NCBI GenBank assembly: GCA_963753595.1
Contig: CAVWCX010000001.1
Coordinates: 128,001 to 192,000, forward strand
Origin: Candidatus Methanoperedenaceae archaeon
GTDB taxonomy: Archaea > Halobacteriota > Methanosarcinia > Methanosarcinales > Methanoperedenaceae
Direction: 5' to 3'
Length of the DNA stretch: 64,000 nt
Positions 63,399 to 64,000 of the stretch are shown here, piece after piece (the first letter of the stretch is position 1; each line of letters opens with the position of its first letter). A model generated the notes under the pieces. The model was not told the DNA's origin. It saw only the letters and a list, made by a program, of their open reading frames with translations, and searched no databases. The position numbers and the translations under genes are program-made.

Positions 63399-64000
63399 TT
63401 ATTCCTGTTTCATATTTCGTACAAGTTCACTCGCCCTGAACAGCGATTCGAACGTCCCTGCATCGCTCCAGTATCCATGCAGCATGGAAAAATCCATCTT
63501 ACCAAGGCGTATGAACTCATTGTTCACATCCGTTATCTCAAGTTCTCCCCTTCCCGAAGGCTTCAGGGTGCGAATGATCTCAAATACACTTTGATCATAG
63601 ATATATAATCCAGTAACAGCAAGATTTGATTTTGGCTGTGCCGGCTTTTCCTCGATAGAAATGATCTTATTTCCTTTGATCTCGGCCACGCCAAACCTTT
63701 TCGCATCCGGGACTTCTTTAAGGAAAATCCTTGCCCCGGACTTGAAAGACCCTGCTGCTTCAGAGACATTATCCTGATATATATTATCACCCAGGATAAC
63801 GGCCACATCTTCTTTATCCGCGAAATCCTCAGCAAGTCCCAGAGCCTGCGCAATACCGCCTGCCTGCTCCTGTATCTCAAAAGTAAAATGCACGCCAAAA
63901 TCGGCGCCTGAACCCAGAAGTTCAAGAAAATGCCCTGCATGGCCTCGCCCTGAAACTATCATAATATCCTTGATACCCGCATCCATCAATGTCTGGAGGG
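63399..64000 (-). CDS. rmlA: Glucose-1-phosphate thymidylyltransferase-like (5' end outside the window)
   Basis: GIAQAL, LGDNI, RFGVA, EEKP..PKSNLAVTGLY, PSGRGELEITD, WSDAGT. Confidence 0.85.
   Translation of the reverse strand, partial: LQTLMDAGIKDIMIVSGRGHAGHFLELLGSGADFGVHFTFEIQEQAGGIAQALGLAEDFADKEDVAVILGDNIYQDNVSEAAGSFKSGARIFLKEVPDAKRFGVAEIKGNKIISIEEKPAQPKSNLAVTGLYIYDQSVFEIIRTLKPSGRGELEITDVNNEFIRLGKMDFSMLHGYWSDAGTFESLFRASELVRNMKQE

Overview
Archaeal window, most consistent with a Methanosarcinales/ANME-2d (Ca. Methanoperedens-like) genome. The taxonomy is inferred from BRE/TATA promoters, a PGF-CTERM-like tail, dense N-glycosylation sequons and many multiheme cytochromes (MHCs). 1-43.3 kb is a co-oriented cell-surface/extracellular-electron-transfer island with two parts. 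(i) An operon with four paralogous MHCs sharing an unusual signal/N-terminus, resembling archaeal cytochrome-nanowire subunits, plus its own S26 signal peptidase. The last paralog is fused, across a G7 frameshift, to a ~3,800-aa Ig-repeat stalk. (ii) Three large MHCs (about 43, 19 and 15 heme motifs; one is split by an IS1182-family element with a 5-bp target duplication) and two heme-free adhesin-like proteins, all ending in the same orphan 'KPTG(N/T)I(T/S)GxV' strand. Next to them are a protein whose first beta-sandwich appears to lack that strand and a small membrane-anchored protein carrying it, suggesting a strand-complementation docking system. Most of the large genes share a GGATAGG leader motif. 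43.3-64 kb is a surface-glycan locus (GT2/GT4, Wzm/Wzt, RmlA-like) interrupted by toxin-antitoxin cassettes, gene remnants and short-period palindromic repeats. No rRNA, tRNA or CRISPR array was recognised. All family assignments are by motif recognition, not database search.
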